Part shown: positions 43,356 through 56,261 of the stretch, piece after piece
Layout: each line of letters opens with the position of its first letter
How positions within the stretch are numbered: the stretch's first letter is position 1
DNA from: the human T2T-CHM13v2.0 reference genome, Homo sapiens
DNA: 64,000 bases
Direction: 5' to 3' (one strand)
Assembly (NCBI RefSeq): GCF_009914755.1
Contig: NC_060926.1
The notes under the pieces: model-generated
Told to the model about the DNA's origin: nothing
The model's input: only the letters and a program-made list of their open reading frames with translations
Databases searched by the model: none
Made by a program: the position numbers and the translations under genes

Positions 43356-43560
43356 AAGAAGTGATTACTCAGTAATTTTGCGCACATTTCATTAGCTTGA
43401 GTTGATCATATGTCTCTGCTTAGATACAAGAAGATTGAAAAATATAATGCTTGGTGATAGCTTTCTCCCAGTATTTACTTTATGCTATGGATAAAGAGCA
43501 TGAATCTTTCATGAAATTTAGTTGCCTGTTGCCTCCACCACGTAGAGAGAATATGCAGAT

Positions 43561-46375
43561 CAGGTTGAGGCTTGAAGTAGATATATCTTGAAATTTTCAA
43601 TTATGAGATGTGATGTTTCTATGTTACTACAATCCTTGAACTGGTAGAAATACATGGATTTTTTACTCCTAATCCAAAAATCCAAAATGCTCAAAATCTG
43701 AAACTTTTTGAGCTCTGACATGATGTCACAAGTGGAAAATTGCACATCTGACCTCAAAAATCTGAAACTTCTTGAGCTCTGAAATGATGCCATAAATGGA
43801 AAATTGCACACCTGACCACATGTTATGGGTCACAGTCAAAACGTAGGCGCACAACACAGTTTACTTGGTGTCCCTAAAAATAAATAAATAAATAAAAGAC
43901 CCTTCCAAGCCCCATTAAGTTGCAGTGTATCTTTTCCCTGCATGCCCAGATTTCCTCACACAAGCAAGCCCACAAAAATGGCAGGTGTGCAGGCAATATG
44001 CACCAACGAGTTCCCCATGATGCCCTATATGGGTACATTACTCACCAGGGTTTTTTGCTTATTGTTGAAAATGTCAGAAAGGCCTAGTGTTACCCACAGG
44101 GTAACACTAAGAAAAAGAGAAAGCATTTATGTTCATAGCACAGAAAGCCAAGCTGTTGGAGAAACCGGGTAGCAGCATAAGTGTGAAATGTCTTACAGAA
44201 GATCATGGTAATGGAATGATCACTGTATACGATCTGAAGAAACAGAAAAACAAACTATTGAAGTTCTATGCTGGAAGTGATAAACAGACATTAGTTAAAA
44301 TAGAAAAACACTGCATGAAGTTAAAAATGAAGATTTCAATTGCATATGGAAAGAGTGGATCCACCAACATCACAGTGAACACATGCCACTTCATGGTATG
44401 CTGATCATGAAACAAGAAAATATCTATCTCAGTGAACTAAAAATGAAAGAATACTGAATATTCAGCAGGCTGGTTACAGAAATTTAAGAAAAGAAGCAAC
44501 ATTAAAATTTTAAAAATTTGTGGTGATAAAGCATCTGCTGATCATGAGAAGCAGACAAATTTATTGGCAAGTTAGCCAAGGCCGTTGCTGATGAAAATCT
44601 GATGACAGAAAATATTGCTCCAGAGATATCGATGTTGCTCCAGAAAGACACTGACCACAACTGTTGCAACAGCCCCTTCAAGAGTTAAGGATGCCAAGGA
44701 CAGAATAACTGTGCTGGGATGTGCTAATGTAGCAGCCATGGATAAGTGTGAACTTGCTGTGACAGGCAAAAGCTTGGGTTCTCACTCTTTTCAAGGAGTG
44801 AATCTCTTACTAGTCCATTACTACACTAACAAAAAGGCATGGGTCACCAGTTCATTACTGTGCTAGCAAAAAGGCATGGATTTCACAAACATTTTGAACC
44901 AGTGGCTCATACTTAATTCAGGGAAACTGGACTGGATGATGACTGCAAGATTTTGTTGTTCCTTGACAACTGTTCTGCTCATCCTCCAGCTGAGATTCTA
45001 ATAAAAAATAATGCTTATGCCATGCATGTGTGTTTCCCCAAATGAGACTTCTTTATCTCAGTCATGTGACCACAGTATCTTTAGATCAATGAAGAGTAAA
45101 TATAAAAACACTTTTTTGAATGGCATACGAACAGCAGTGAACAGAAACATGGGTGTGGAAGGTTTTCAAGAAAAGTTTAGCATCAAGGATGCTGTGTATG
45201 CTGTTGCCAGTGTTTGGAACACAGTGACTAAAGAAACAGTTGTGCATGCCTGACACAACCTCTGGCTTGTGACTATATTCACTATGTGATGATGATGAAC
45301 AAGGTGATAACTTTGAAGATTTCTGTATGTCAAGTGAAAAGAAAAATTATGTTTGGCTCCCTTACATATACAAAAACTATACCTTAAGAGTCTGTCAGTA
45401 GGTTGGAAGAAGTGGATATCAAAGAAGTTTTTTAACATTGAGAAGTCGGCTCCAGTTGTTTATTCATTGACTAATGATGAAATAAGTGAAATGGTTCTGA
45501 ATTAACATGATCATCATAATAGTGATGATAAAGATGACGTTGTTAACACTGCAGAAAATAGTGCCTGTAGATGACATAATGAAAATGTGTGATTGGCTTA
45601 TTGAAGGACTAGAAGAGCATGCATTTACAGCAGAACAAAAAATCATGTCAATTTATCAGATCAAAAGAAAGACTTCTAAGTCAAAAACAAAAACAAACAA
45701 AAAAAACCACCAAAATGTTAGTGAGGCAAATGAGTGGAGGAAACATTTTAAAAAGCCATCCAGCAGAATGTCTCCTCATCCTTAGAGGACTCACTTCCTG
45801 GTTCCTCAACTGCCTCTGATTCCTTCACCTAAAAAAAAAACACACAGGGTACAGTTATTTTTAATCAAAATACAGCACTACAGGTAAAGATTGAAAGCCT
45901 GTCACTGCCAGTTGATGCAGGTATTCCAGTGATGCTACTGTGCTGCTTAGCTACCCTGAACACATCCTTTTTTTTTACTTTATTAATGGTATGCCATATT
46001 TTTTACTGTTAAGTTCTTATGTGTGAGTAGTATAAAAAATGATTGCTTATTGGTAGTGTATAAATTCAGAATCAGGAATGATGGTGATGCCGAACAACCA
46101 CACACTGTCCACATAGGTGACAGAGAGAGTGACATCTTTGCTCTCTGATGGGTCACTGTAAATAAACTTTGTTTCATCCACAAAATTATTAAAACTATTG
46201 TAGAAAATTTTCTTTATGATATGTTATGTATGAAATATAAATGAAATTTATATCTTGGGGTCCTATCCCCAAGATATTTCATTATGTACACACAAATATT
46301 CCACAATCTGAAGAAAATCCCAAATTTAAAATGCTTTTTGTTCCAAGCATTTTCAGATAAGGGATACTCAACTTG
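43561..46375 (+). mobile_element. Near-full-length Tigger4 (Zombi) pogo-family DNA transposon
   Basis: Right TIR 'ttcagataagggatactcaacttg' followed by TA. Left end 'caggttgag' ... 'cctaatccaaaaatccaaaatgctcaaaatctgaaactttttgag'. Internal decayed transposase. Confidence 0.88.
44071..45740 (+). pseudogene. Decayed pogo/Tigger transposase (CENP-B/JRK-like HTH plus DDE domain)
   Basis: Frameshifted remnants KDAKDRITVLGCAN, VHYYTNKKAWVT, KILLFLDNCSAHP and PNETSLSQSCDHSIFRSMK; many stops. End coordinate approximate. Confidence 0.85.
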
Positions 46376-47391
46376 TAATATCTATGGGCTGAACAGAGGT
46401 TGATTCTGACACACTCCCCCATAACTTTTTGATTTTTTAAAAGATTGGAAATGGCATGAGAGTTTTCTACACACAGCACCTAATGACTTTGTCTCATAAA
46501 GTTCTTTTGTAGTTATGCCTATATAAAGATTCTCAGCATTATACACTTGTATGATAAAATTTAAAAATCTCATGAGACATTTATGTCAGATAAATTAGAA
46601 ATAATGCAATCTTTTTTTGGTCTGGATTATAAAAACAAATTGATCATTTGGTTTTATAATATTTTAATTTATCCTCTATTTTCTATTTTGTACTTTACTT
46701 CATAGTCTCTATGTTTGAACATTAGCTAAGTCAAGTCATTTTGTGATTTATTCTCAGTTGTTAAGCTTCTAAAATTCCTAGTAACAAAAGATGGAAATAT
46801 AGATTTTCAAAATAATAATTTTCATCACGTTATTATTTCAGTGCTCATTTTTATAGATTTTACTGAGAGAGAGAGAGAGAGCAGAAGAGAGCGACTGGAA
46901 TTTGAAATAAATTTTGCTAGCTGCTGTAGTTAACATCATTAAAGGTGTAAGAGACTAATTGACAGAACTTTAAAAATGATTATCCATTTAAAGAGAAAAT
47001 GGTGTAATCACTCTAATAATTAAGTAAAAGTGGGAGTAATAGAAACCGCAGACAAGTGATCAACAAAATAGCTAATAAATCAAATAAAACCAAGGAATAA
47101 CGAAAAGGACCAAACAGTAGATTAAGAAGAAAAGAAAATAAACTGAAATTAATCTTCAGGATTTCTCAAGACAACAAAAGCAATAATGAACACAACATTA
47201 TTGGCCAAAGTTACCTTTAAAAAAGAAGGTTCAACCAATACTTTATTTTAAATAACCAACACTGAATCTGCACAGTGCAATAGGAATATTGATAAATGGC
47301 ACTATTCCAGGGTTAGCTGAATTATTTGAAACACACAGTAAAAACTGAGAATTAAGGTAAATCTAGAAATAGCCTCAAGGAAGCCATTGTT

Positions 47392-47627
47392 GTTTTTTTT
47401 TTTTTTTTTTTTTTTTTTTGAGACAGGGTCTCATTCTGTTACCCAGCCTGGAGTGTAGTGGCACTATCACGACTCACTTCAGCCTTCATCTCCTGAGCTC
47501 AAGTTATCTTCCAACCTCAGCCTCTCAAGTAGGAAGGACTACAGACATGTGCCACCATATCCAGCTAATTTATTTTAAAAAATTTTTGTGGACACAGGAT
47601 CTCACTGTGTTTCCTGGGCTGATCTTA
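47392..47627 (-). mobile_element. 5'-truncated AluJ
   Basis: Poly(T), then 'gagacagggtctcattctgttacccagcctggagtgtagtggcactatcacgactcac...ctcaag'; breaks off within the left monomer. Confidence 0.85.
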
Positions 47628-50600
47628 ATAGTTTCAATGTATATGGACTATAACATTTCAGGTATTGACATGAAAAGATCTTACCAGTAACACTGGGTAG
47701 TATAATACTTTAGTCAAAAGAATTTTCTGGAAAATTTCTTAAGCTTGGTTTTCTTAGATTTTTTAATGTATTATATGAGAAACCCCAGAGATAGTCGTCA
47801 GGTAGTCAAATACATTCTTTTATGTTAACCATTTTTTAATAATGATGTAAGTGTTAATTCAGACATTAAATTAGTAAGTTTATTAGCTGGCATGAAGCAG
47901 AGAGTCAAACAGCTGAACATATCTGAGTCAACAAGTAAGAACTTTATTCAACTGTACTGAAGGAGAATTATTAGGTTTATTCTTATTCTTAGTGGAATCT
48001 TACCTCAATTGAAGTACTCTCTGACAAAGCTGTCAGTGCTGTACACACAGGGGCCCTCTGATGGAAACATTACCTCTCTTCTCATGGGAGAGGATTTTGT
48101 GGTCTCTCTGAGACTCGGGTTTCTGAAGATATTCCCTTTTTTCTATATCAGTATGTGCTGAGCACTTCGAGACGCCATGGGTTATATCTTCTGTTTAGGA
48201 ACATGGCTTCACTCTGTTTCTGATGGTGGAAGAAAGCAATATAATGATTTGTGTTGTTTTTATTAGGTTACATTAGAAAAATTATAAAAATTTAAAAATC
48301 TAAGACTGGTACCATGCTTGTAACCTTTCTGGTCATTCCTCAAAACTTTGTAATAATTCTGGGCCATTCTACCCACTGGCAATGTCTCTTCCTTAGACAT
48401 CTCTTGCACTTTATCTCCTAAAAAGAGAATTTACTCTCTCACCCAAAAAGAATTAAGAATCATCATCATTAGCTAAGAAAAAAAGTTCAGCTTCAAGCAT
48501 AAAGGTCGACAGACACAAGGAACCTAGGATCTGACACAGATTTACCTTAAAACCTTCCTTCCAGCCACCTGGAAGAAATCTTTGTAATTTTAGTGCTTTG
48601 GCTCACCCTCTTTGTCTTGTCTGTCTATGATAGAACAAACTATCACATCTGTATTTTACACAAGCCTTCTATGCTTCTTTTTTGTTTTGCCCACTTGTGA
48701 TGAAGGCCAAATTCATATCTATGGCCAATAATAGTCTCTTCCAGTTCTGATCCAGCAGGGAGTTCAGTACCATCGTAGGCTTTAAAATCCTATGCCTGGA
48801 TCAATGAAATTATATAAGCTAAGTCACTCAAAGGGATCTTTCAGTCAAACATTTGGCAACTAAAATCCACATGGTTAGGAGAGAATATGGTACCATACAC
48901 ATAATCCCTGTCCTCACCTGCAGATGATTCCCTTACGTGCTAATGGTTACCCCCACCTCTCTGCCTGAGAGCATTCTCTTCCAAAGGGTCATAAACATAG
49001 AGTGGGACAGAATTGTTATGGAATTAACACAGGGCCTATCTGAAACCACGGCAGTTTCACTGTACTTTGACCTGTATTTAGCTTCAGTCATTATGCAGCA
49101 ATATTTCTGCCATACATTTCTACTCTCTTCTGTCAGTCAAAGCAGTCATAACCCAGTACATATTAAAGCAGTCATAGAGCCAGTGAGTGAAGAGATCCCG
49201 TTTCCCAAAGTCAGAGAATCTGTGCCCACCTTTATTCTAACTCTCTATGTTTTCTTAGATTCCATCCAAGTGAAATACTTGTATCCATGTCCGTGAATCA
49301 AGGTCTATGTTTTGGAGGAAAGACACCGAGGTGATCTGAACTCTGTTGTGTCCTTTCTGAAATAAAAGGGTTCTAGGCAGAACTGGTGAATCAGCAGCTT
49401 CCATGATGCCGAGCTCCTGACTGATGATCACTTATTTAGAAACACACCTTAGGCTATGTATTATTTCCTTATTTATGGCATCATTTCTTTTCCTCCAATA
49501 ATTCCCTAGGTTTTCTCAGAAAATAAGTTTGGGAGTTTGTTTTGTTTTTACTTTTTATTTTAGTTTTGCACAGATAAACTTACGTGGTCCCATTTGACGG
49601 CGATGGAAATGAATCAGACTCCCCCAGTAACCAGTAACTATTAGAGAAGTCTGACTTTCTTCGTTCATTGCTGGAGTAGCCAAAGAATGAATATATCTAT
49701 TTAAAAATATTACAAACAAAATTACAATTATAAGCTTTAGTATAATATTTGCCCATCATGTATTTCATTGCAAAAGACTCTATAAATCAAATCTGAATAT
49801 GTAAAGCCTAATTTTATTAAATGTGTCCATAAGAAAGGATGTGGGAAAATTAGAAACATGTACAGATATTAATAAGTGCAAAAATAAGAGGCAAACAGAA
49901 GTACCATATGAACACCTACTATATACATCAATGGACAAAATTTCCCTGATTCATGGGGAAGTTATAAATCTGGTGTGTACAAATACTTTTATGGCTTTGA
50001 CCTACGTAGTTCAGAGCCAGGGTGGTGTTGCAGTTAAAATGACGCAGCCCATGAAAACAGAACAAATTCAAAATAATTCAAGGCTTTTGCTTGACTTGTA
50101 CTTCTTGAAACACCATGAAGGTAACAAATAGTCCAGAGCAATGGTTTCTAAATTTCTTTTTATTTTTCTCTGTCTTTGACAGGCCTACCAAATTCCAGTA
50201 TCTCCCTCATCTCTCATTTCAAAGCCTTCTCTGTATAAAATGCCCATCCAGAACTCCTACACTATGTGTCTTATATTCACATATTTCCTCTCCTCTTGAT
50301 TTTGTTTTGGTTTTCACTTTTTGGTTTTGAGAAATTGACTAGTTACCTTTGGCTGGGGTTGGCAAATTTGAGCTGGATAATTCTCAATGGGTATAACATG
50401 TAACGGCACTCATTTAACTATTATCCTTATAAAAGATTATACATTGTAACATTTAATTGCTCATCTCCTCAATATCTGAAATTTCTAAACCTTTCACATT
50501 CATCCATTGATAAGTATAAGAAGAGGGTAAAGTTGGGAATGGCGCACAGTACTCAAGTGTCTGACATACCTCAACACTATCTAGTTATACTTGGAAAGAT

Positions 50601-52241
50601 GAAATAGGGTATTGATCACATACAGACAAAAGTTACATAGAACATAAGCTTGTGCTAAATAGCCAGCCGCTCACACTTGAGGCAAAAGAAGTAGGTTCAG
50701 ATTTCACTGTGTAAATTTCCTACTAGGTTAGTTTTGAAAGTTAACCAAGTGTGTGTTTGATTTCTCCAGGCAAAAATCATCCTCTTTTATTGTGTGTACA
50801 AATATCAATGGAGAACCATGAAGGAACAGCAACAGAGACAGTATCAAAAGGACAGACCCTGAGCACCCCAAATTTACTTAGCTTAGTGATCACTTCCGGT
50901 TTATTTGTTTGTCTGTTGGGTGTGGGGGGTGTGGAGAGAGAAGGCTGTTGCGCTGGCAATGCTTCTTCATTGCGGGTAGACCAGGAGAGGAAAATATCTA
51001 GGAACATGAGCAAGTTAATAAATGTCAACCCATCTCACTTTCTCTTTTGCTAATTTTGGCAGGGCCCTGGCAAAAATACTGCATATTTAAATGCATTACT
51101 CATGATCTACCCAAAACTGCATCATCTTTTTTTAATGAAGTATGTGAAATTCTGCCTGGATTTCACTGGAGCCTGACTGAATTCACTAAAGTATCTTATC
51201 ACATAATTCTCAGGAATGGAGAAATCACATCAAATGCATTAGCAGAGATGAATCCAGAGTATGAAGTCAAAAGTATAAAAAAATGTTATGGGTAAGTTAG
51301 AAAATTAATAATTAAGAATATCATGTTTTTAATATTATGTTATAAGCTCTTAAAATCAATTGTGGTTAAAATATATATTTTTTAATATATAACATTATTA
51401 ATATACATATATATATATTTTGCAATGACATGACCAAGTGAATATATTGTTAGGATTCACCCTTAAGAAGTCCCTCAAGCTTTAAAAACTTCATGGTAAA
51501 TTCATGTCCGTACATTAGTAATAGCATTTAATTCCTTCTCTATTGAAAAGCCAATCCACCCCATCCCCACCACTGACATATACACATACAGGGAGGAAAA
51601 AGTGATCCGGAAGAGAAGCAACCACCAGATACTTTCTCATCCCAGACAAAGTGAATAGCAACCACCTTTCTGGATGTACAACACTCGAACTGATCTCCAA
51701 CACACGCAGAGATGAATTGGTGAATGGCTGCCACTTTGCTGCATGAAGCATTGCATACAGGTGAGGAGGCCCAGTCTCCAGTCGGAAGCTCCATTTGACC
51801 CTGGCTTCCCATGGCAAGGAGTGGTGAACATAACTGCCTCCATCCACACGGACCCCATCTGTCAGGAACTGCCTTTTGGCTTTCTCAGTTCCCCTCTGCA
51901 TCTGAATTCTGTTGAATACATACTGGCGAGCCTCTTTTGAAGCTCCTCTAACCGCCAGGGTAGCTGATATACTGAGTTCAGCACACGAGTCTCATTCAGT
52001 ACTGACACCACTGCAGTCTTATTCTGGGGGAATGATTTAGTCCTGCATAAAATTCTACAATTTATGGCATAGAGTCCAAGAATGTCCTTATTGCAGAGTG
52101 TACATGTTAATAGGTATGTGATGTAGATCAAGTTGTATTTAAAGGAAAACTTTCAGCCTTAATATGTTAGAAAAGGAAAAAAAATCTGATAATCACCTAT
52201 CAAAATTCCAACTCAATAAATTAAAAAAGAACACCACTGTA

Positions 52242-53528
52242 CAATTCCCACCTATGAGTGAGAACATGTGGTATTTGGTTTTTTGTCCTTGCGATAGTTT
52301 GCTGAGAACGATGGTTTCCAGCTTCATCCATGTCACTGCAAAGGACATGAACTCTATTGTGGGATCTGACCAGCAGCCCGCAATGTAATGGGGCTCTCTC
52401 TTTGTTCCCAGGTGGATCGGCAGGTTGAGAAATAATAGACACACACAAAATAGTGAAAGCTGGGTACGGGGGGTCACCGCCTTCTGGTCCTGTGGTGCCA
52501 ACAATGCACTGGATATACCAGCATTTATTATTAATTTTAGTGAGGGCGGGGGTAGGTTAGTGAGGGATTTAGGGTCATTTGATTATGAGGTGAGATGGTC
52601 ACATGGGGATGAAGTAATTCTTTAACATAACATTTGTATGTAGAAGTACAGTATACAGAGATAAGAATTTACAATATAGTGATGTGTCAGTAATTTCTAA
52701 CAGGGCCTTAAAACAGAAACACAATCTTTCCATAACCTATGATTAGCAAGATATTAATCAGCAGTAACAATTGCAAAAAAAGCTGGTTACAAACAATCCA
52801 TGGAAACAGGACATGAAGCTAGACAATGGGTTAGACCGGAAATTCTCAGAAGGGAGTATGCCTTCACCCTAAAGAGGCCTAGAAGAGCTGTGGCAAGATG
52901 AGGGCTTTTATAGCCCTATCTTATCCATAAGGACAGGCGCCCCCCCATGCATCCGTTTATAGGCTCTCCACAAGGGTCACATTCCATTCCCAGAGCTATG
53001 AACATCTGCTTTTTTGGGATAGGAATCTTGGTGATGTGAAACCTCCCCGACTGCACATCCATTCATAGGCTCTCTGCAGGGGGAAGCACATCACGCACTG
53101 TTGGCTCATTCTGGCAGTCCAACCTGGCATTGTCTTTACACAATCCTGCATGCAATTTTGTATTTACAATAATCAGGAGCATTTCATCTTTTATTCCGTA
53201 GCAATAGTTTCAGGGGGTCTCCCTACAGAACTCATCATTTTTTATGGCTGCATAGTATTCCATGATGTATATGTGCCACATTTTCTTAATCCAGTCTATC
53301 ATTGTTGGACATTTGGGTTGGTTCCAAGTCTTTGCTATTGTGAATAGTGCCGCAATAAACATACATGTTGTGGGGTGGGGGGAGGGGAGGGATAGCATTT
53401 GGAGATATACCTAATGTTAAATGACGATTTACTGGGTGCAGCACACCAACATGGCACGTGTATACATATGTAAGTAACCTGCACGTTGTGCACATGTACC
53501 CTAAAACTTAAAGTATAATTAAAAAAAT
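52242..53528 (+). mobile_element. Short 5'-inverted L1PA4/5-like insertion hosting an ERVK LTR
   Basis: Antisense ORF2 end at 52242-52354 and 53228-53368; sense 3'UTR at 53366-53520 plus short A tail. TSD aga(a/g)caccactgta (52228-52241 / 53529-53542). Confidence 0.92.
52355..53227 (-). mobile_element. Solo HERV-K-group LTR, MER11D-like (HML-7)
   Basis: 873 bp. Minus strand starts TGTAGGGAGACCCCCTGAAACTATTGC, with AATAAA about 170 bp from its 3' end. Perfect 6-bp TSD gaactc (52349-52354 / 53228-53233), typical of betaretroviruses. Confidence 0.85.
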
Positions 53529-53659
53529 AGAGCACCACTGTAAAACAAAAGGAATAGTAACAAAACTGCATTTGTATGTCCTAAATTTATACAAATTAAA
53601 AAACAATTGGTCTAAAAATGATGCAGATAAAGTAAGAAATTAAAAAAAATAATAACAGG

Positions 53660-54105
<446 letters not shown>

Positions 54106-54364
54106 TCAGAAATAGAGTATTTCTAGAAATGGAATATTCCAAAAAACAAAAGAGGATATTAATTCAATTATATTTAAAAATTTAGGTTAAACTAACAAAA
54201 TTTTTAGAAAAACAAAACATTGAAACAGACACAAAGAAATAAAACAATTAAATATTCTACATCCCTTAAATAAATGGAATGTGTTATTAAAATCTTTTCT
54301 ACAAAGAAATGCTCTACGACACAGCAGCTTCATTTATTTATTCCTCCAAGCAAACAAGAAAGAA

Positions 54365-54665
54365 GGCTGGGCGTGGTGGCTCATGCCTGTAATCCCAGCA
54401 CTTTGGGAAGCCAAGGTGTATGGATCACCTGAGGTCAGGAGTTTGAGACCAGCCTGGCCAATATAGTGAAACCCCTTCTCTACTAAAAATTCAAAAATTA
54501 GCCAGGTGTAATGGCAAGCACATGCATTATCAGCTACTTGGGAGGCTGAGAGAGGAGAATTGCTTAAACCCGGGAGTCAGAGGTTGCAGTGAGCTGAGAT
54601 CATGCAACTGCACTCCAGTCTGGGTGACAGAGTGAGACTCCTTCTCAAAAAACAAAACAAAAAAA
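54365..54665 (+). mobile_element. AluS (Sx/Sz-like)
   Basis: Full dimer with A-rich tail. Confidence 0.9.
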
Positions 54666-54944
54666 TCTAAACAAACTCTTCCAGGGAACAGAAAGATGGG
54701 AACACTTCAAAATTCACCAACTCATTTTGTAAGAATGCATATCCTTGATACTAAAATTTGACAAAAATATTAATAAAAAAGGAAACCGTAGATCAATCTT
54801 TTGCAGGCACACAAATACAAAGACCATAAACAAATTATTAGCAAATCAGATTGGGTAATAGATAAAGGGATACTATATAATGAGCAATTTGAGTTTATTT
54901 CATAAATGTACGTTTTAAAATTGAAAAGTCAACCAATTTCACTA

Positions 54945-55410
54945 CATATTCATTTTTCTATTGCTGCCATAACAAATTATTGACAAACGTTGTGCTACAA
55001 AACAATACTTTTATAATTTCTCGGTCCAGTAGGTCAGAAGAGCAGGTATGCTGTAGCTCAGATGGGGCCTTCCAAGCTCATAAGTTGTTGGCTAAACTCA
55101 GTTCCTTGTAGGACTTAGGTCCCTGTTTCCTTGTTGACTATCAGCCAGAGGCTAGTCCTAGAGGCAGTATGTATTCCTCCTGATGCTTTTCATATGCCCT
55201 CTCTGCAGCAATGGCAGATGGAGTCTTTCAGATTTCTTTTGCCATATCTGTCTTGCCTTCAATCAAATAATGTTCTCTGCTTTTAAGGGCTCATATGATA
55301 AGACTGAGATCACCTCAGTCTAATCCAGAATACTCTCCCCATTTTAAGATCTATAAATTTAATTACATAAGCAAAGTTTATTTTGCCATGTAATATAATA
55401 TATTCATAAT
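54945..55410 (-). mobile_element. MLT1-family MaLR LTR
   Basis: 'tttctattgctgccataacaaattat' ... 'ttctctgcttttaagggctcatatga' ... 'taatccagaatactctccccattttaagatc...aattacat...ttttgccatgtaa'. Confidence 0.75.
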
Positions 55411-56261
55411 TTGTGATGAGACTATAATTATATCACATTACATTAGCAAACTAGAGGAGAAAAATATATGATAAACTCAATTAATGCAGAAAATTTATCT
55501 GATAGAAATTCCATACCCATTATGATCTTTAAAATTCTTAGACAACTAAAAACAGAAGAGAAATCCCTTATGCTGTTAGAATATCTGAAAAGACCACTTC
55601 ATAAAGTTTATAATTAATTAAAACATTGAATGCCTTTTCCCCAAAGATTAGAAATGAACAAAAATGTTCACTATGAGTACTCCTTTTGACATTTTACCAG
55701 AGGTCTTAGAGCAATGAGGCAACAAAAATATATGAAAGTTGATAGATACATAAAAAAAGGGTTGTTATTTGCAAAAGACATGGTTTTATGCTATAAAAAT
55801 TTAAAACCATCTAAAGACAAACTTAGAATGAGGAAGTGGATTTATCAAGTCTTTGGATAAAAGATCCATGTATAAAAACAACTGTGTTTCTGTGTGCTGA
55901 GCAAATTTTTTAAAAAATTAAGATACAATAAATATTGTATCAAGAAAACTTTGAAAAACCTAGAATAAATGTAATGAAATGTGGGTAAGACCTATACAAA
56001 GAAAGCTAAAAATATTATCAAGATATATTTCAAAAGATTTAAATAAATATAACCAAGTTCTATTTTTTTCTCTTTGGAAGAATCAATATTTTAAAGATGT
56101 CATTTCTGCCAAAATTGAACTATAGATTTAGGGCAACCTCAGACAAAATCTAACACCTAAAAAAAAAATCTAGAAGTTAACAACCTGAATTTAATATTTA
56201 CATGGAAATGCATAGGCCCAACAATGACTTAACAATCTTAAAGGAGAACAAGCATTATCAC

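Larger units (their letters stand above)
42571..43540 (-). mobile_element. Old MLT1-type MaLR LTR interrupted by a MER58-like element and an Alu
   Basis: Starts 'tgtattaatcag...atcagtgacttaata' and resumes with 'cacatttcattagcttgagttgatcatatg'. Diverged; boundaries approximate. Confidence 0.45.

Noticed and set aside
44071-45785. Domesticated TIGD/JRK-like gene
   Set aside because: Multiple frameshifts and stops, an internal duplication, and retained transposon ends.
48937-50131. 119-aa and 102-aa ORFs in apparently unique DNA
   Set aside because: Non-ATG starts, no recognisable domain and no convincing splice context; lengths are compatible with chance.
51300-51420. AT-rich quasi-palindrome
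   Set aside because: Low-complexity AT sequence; this level of self-complementarity is expected by chance.
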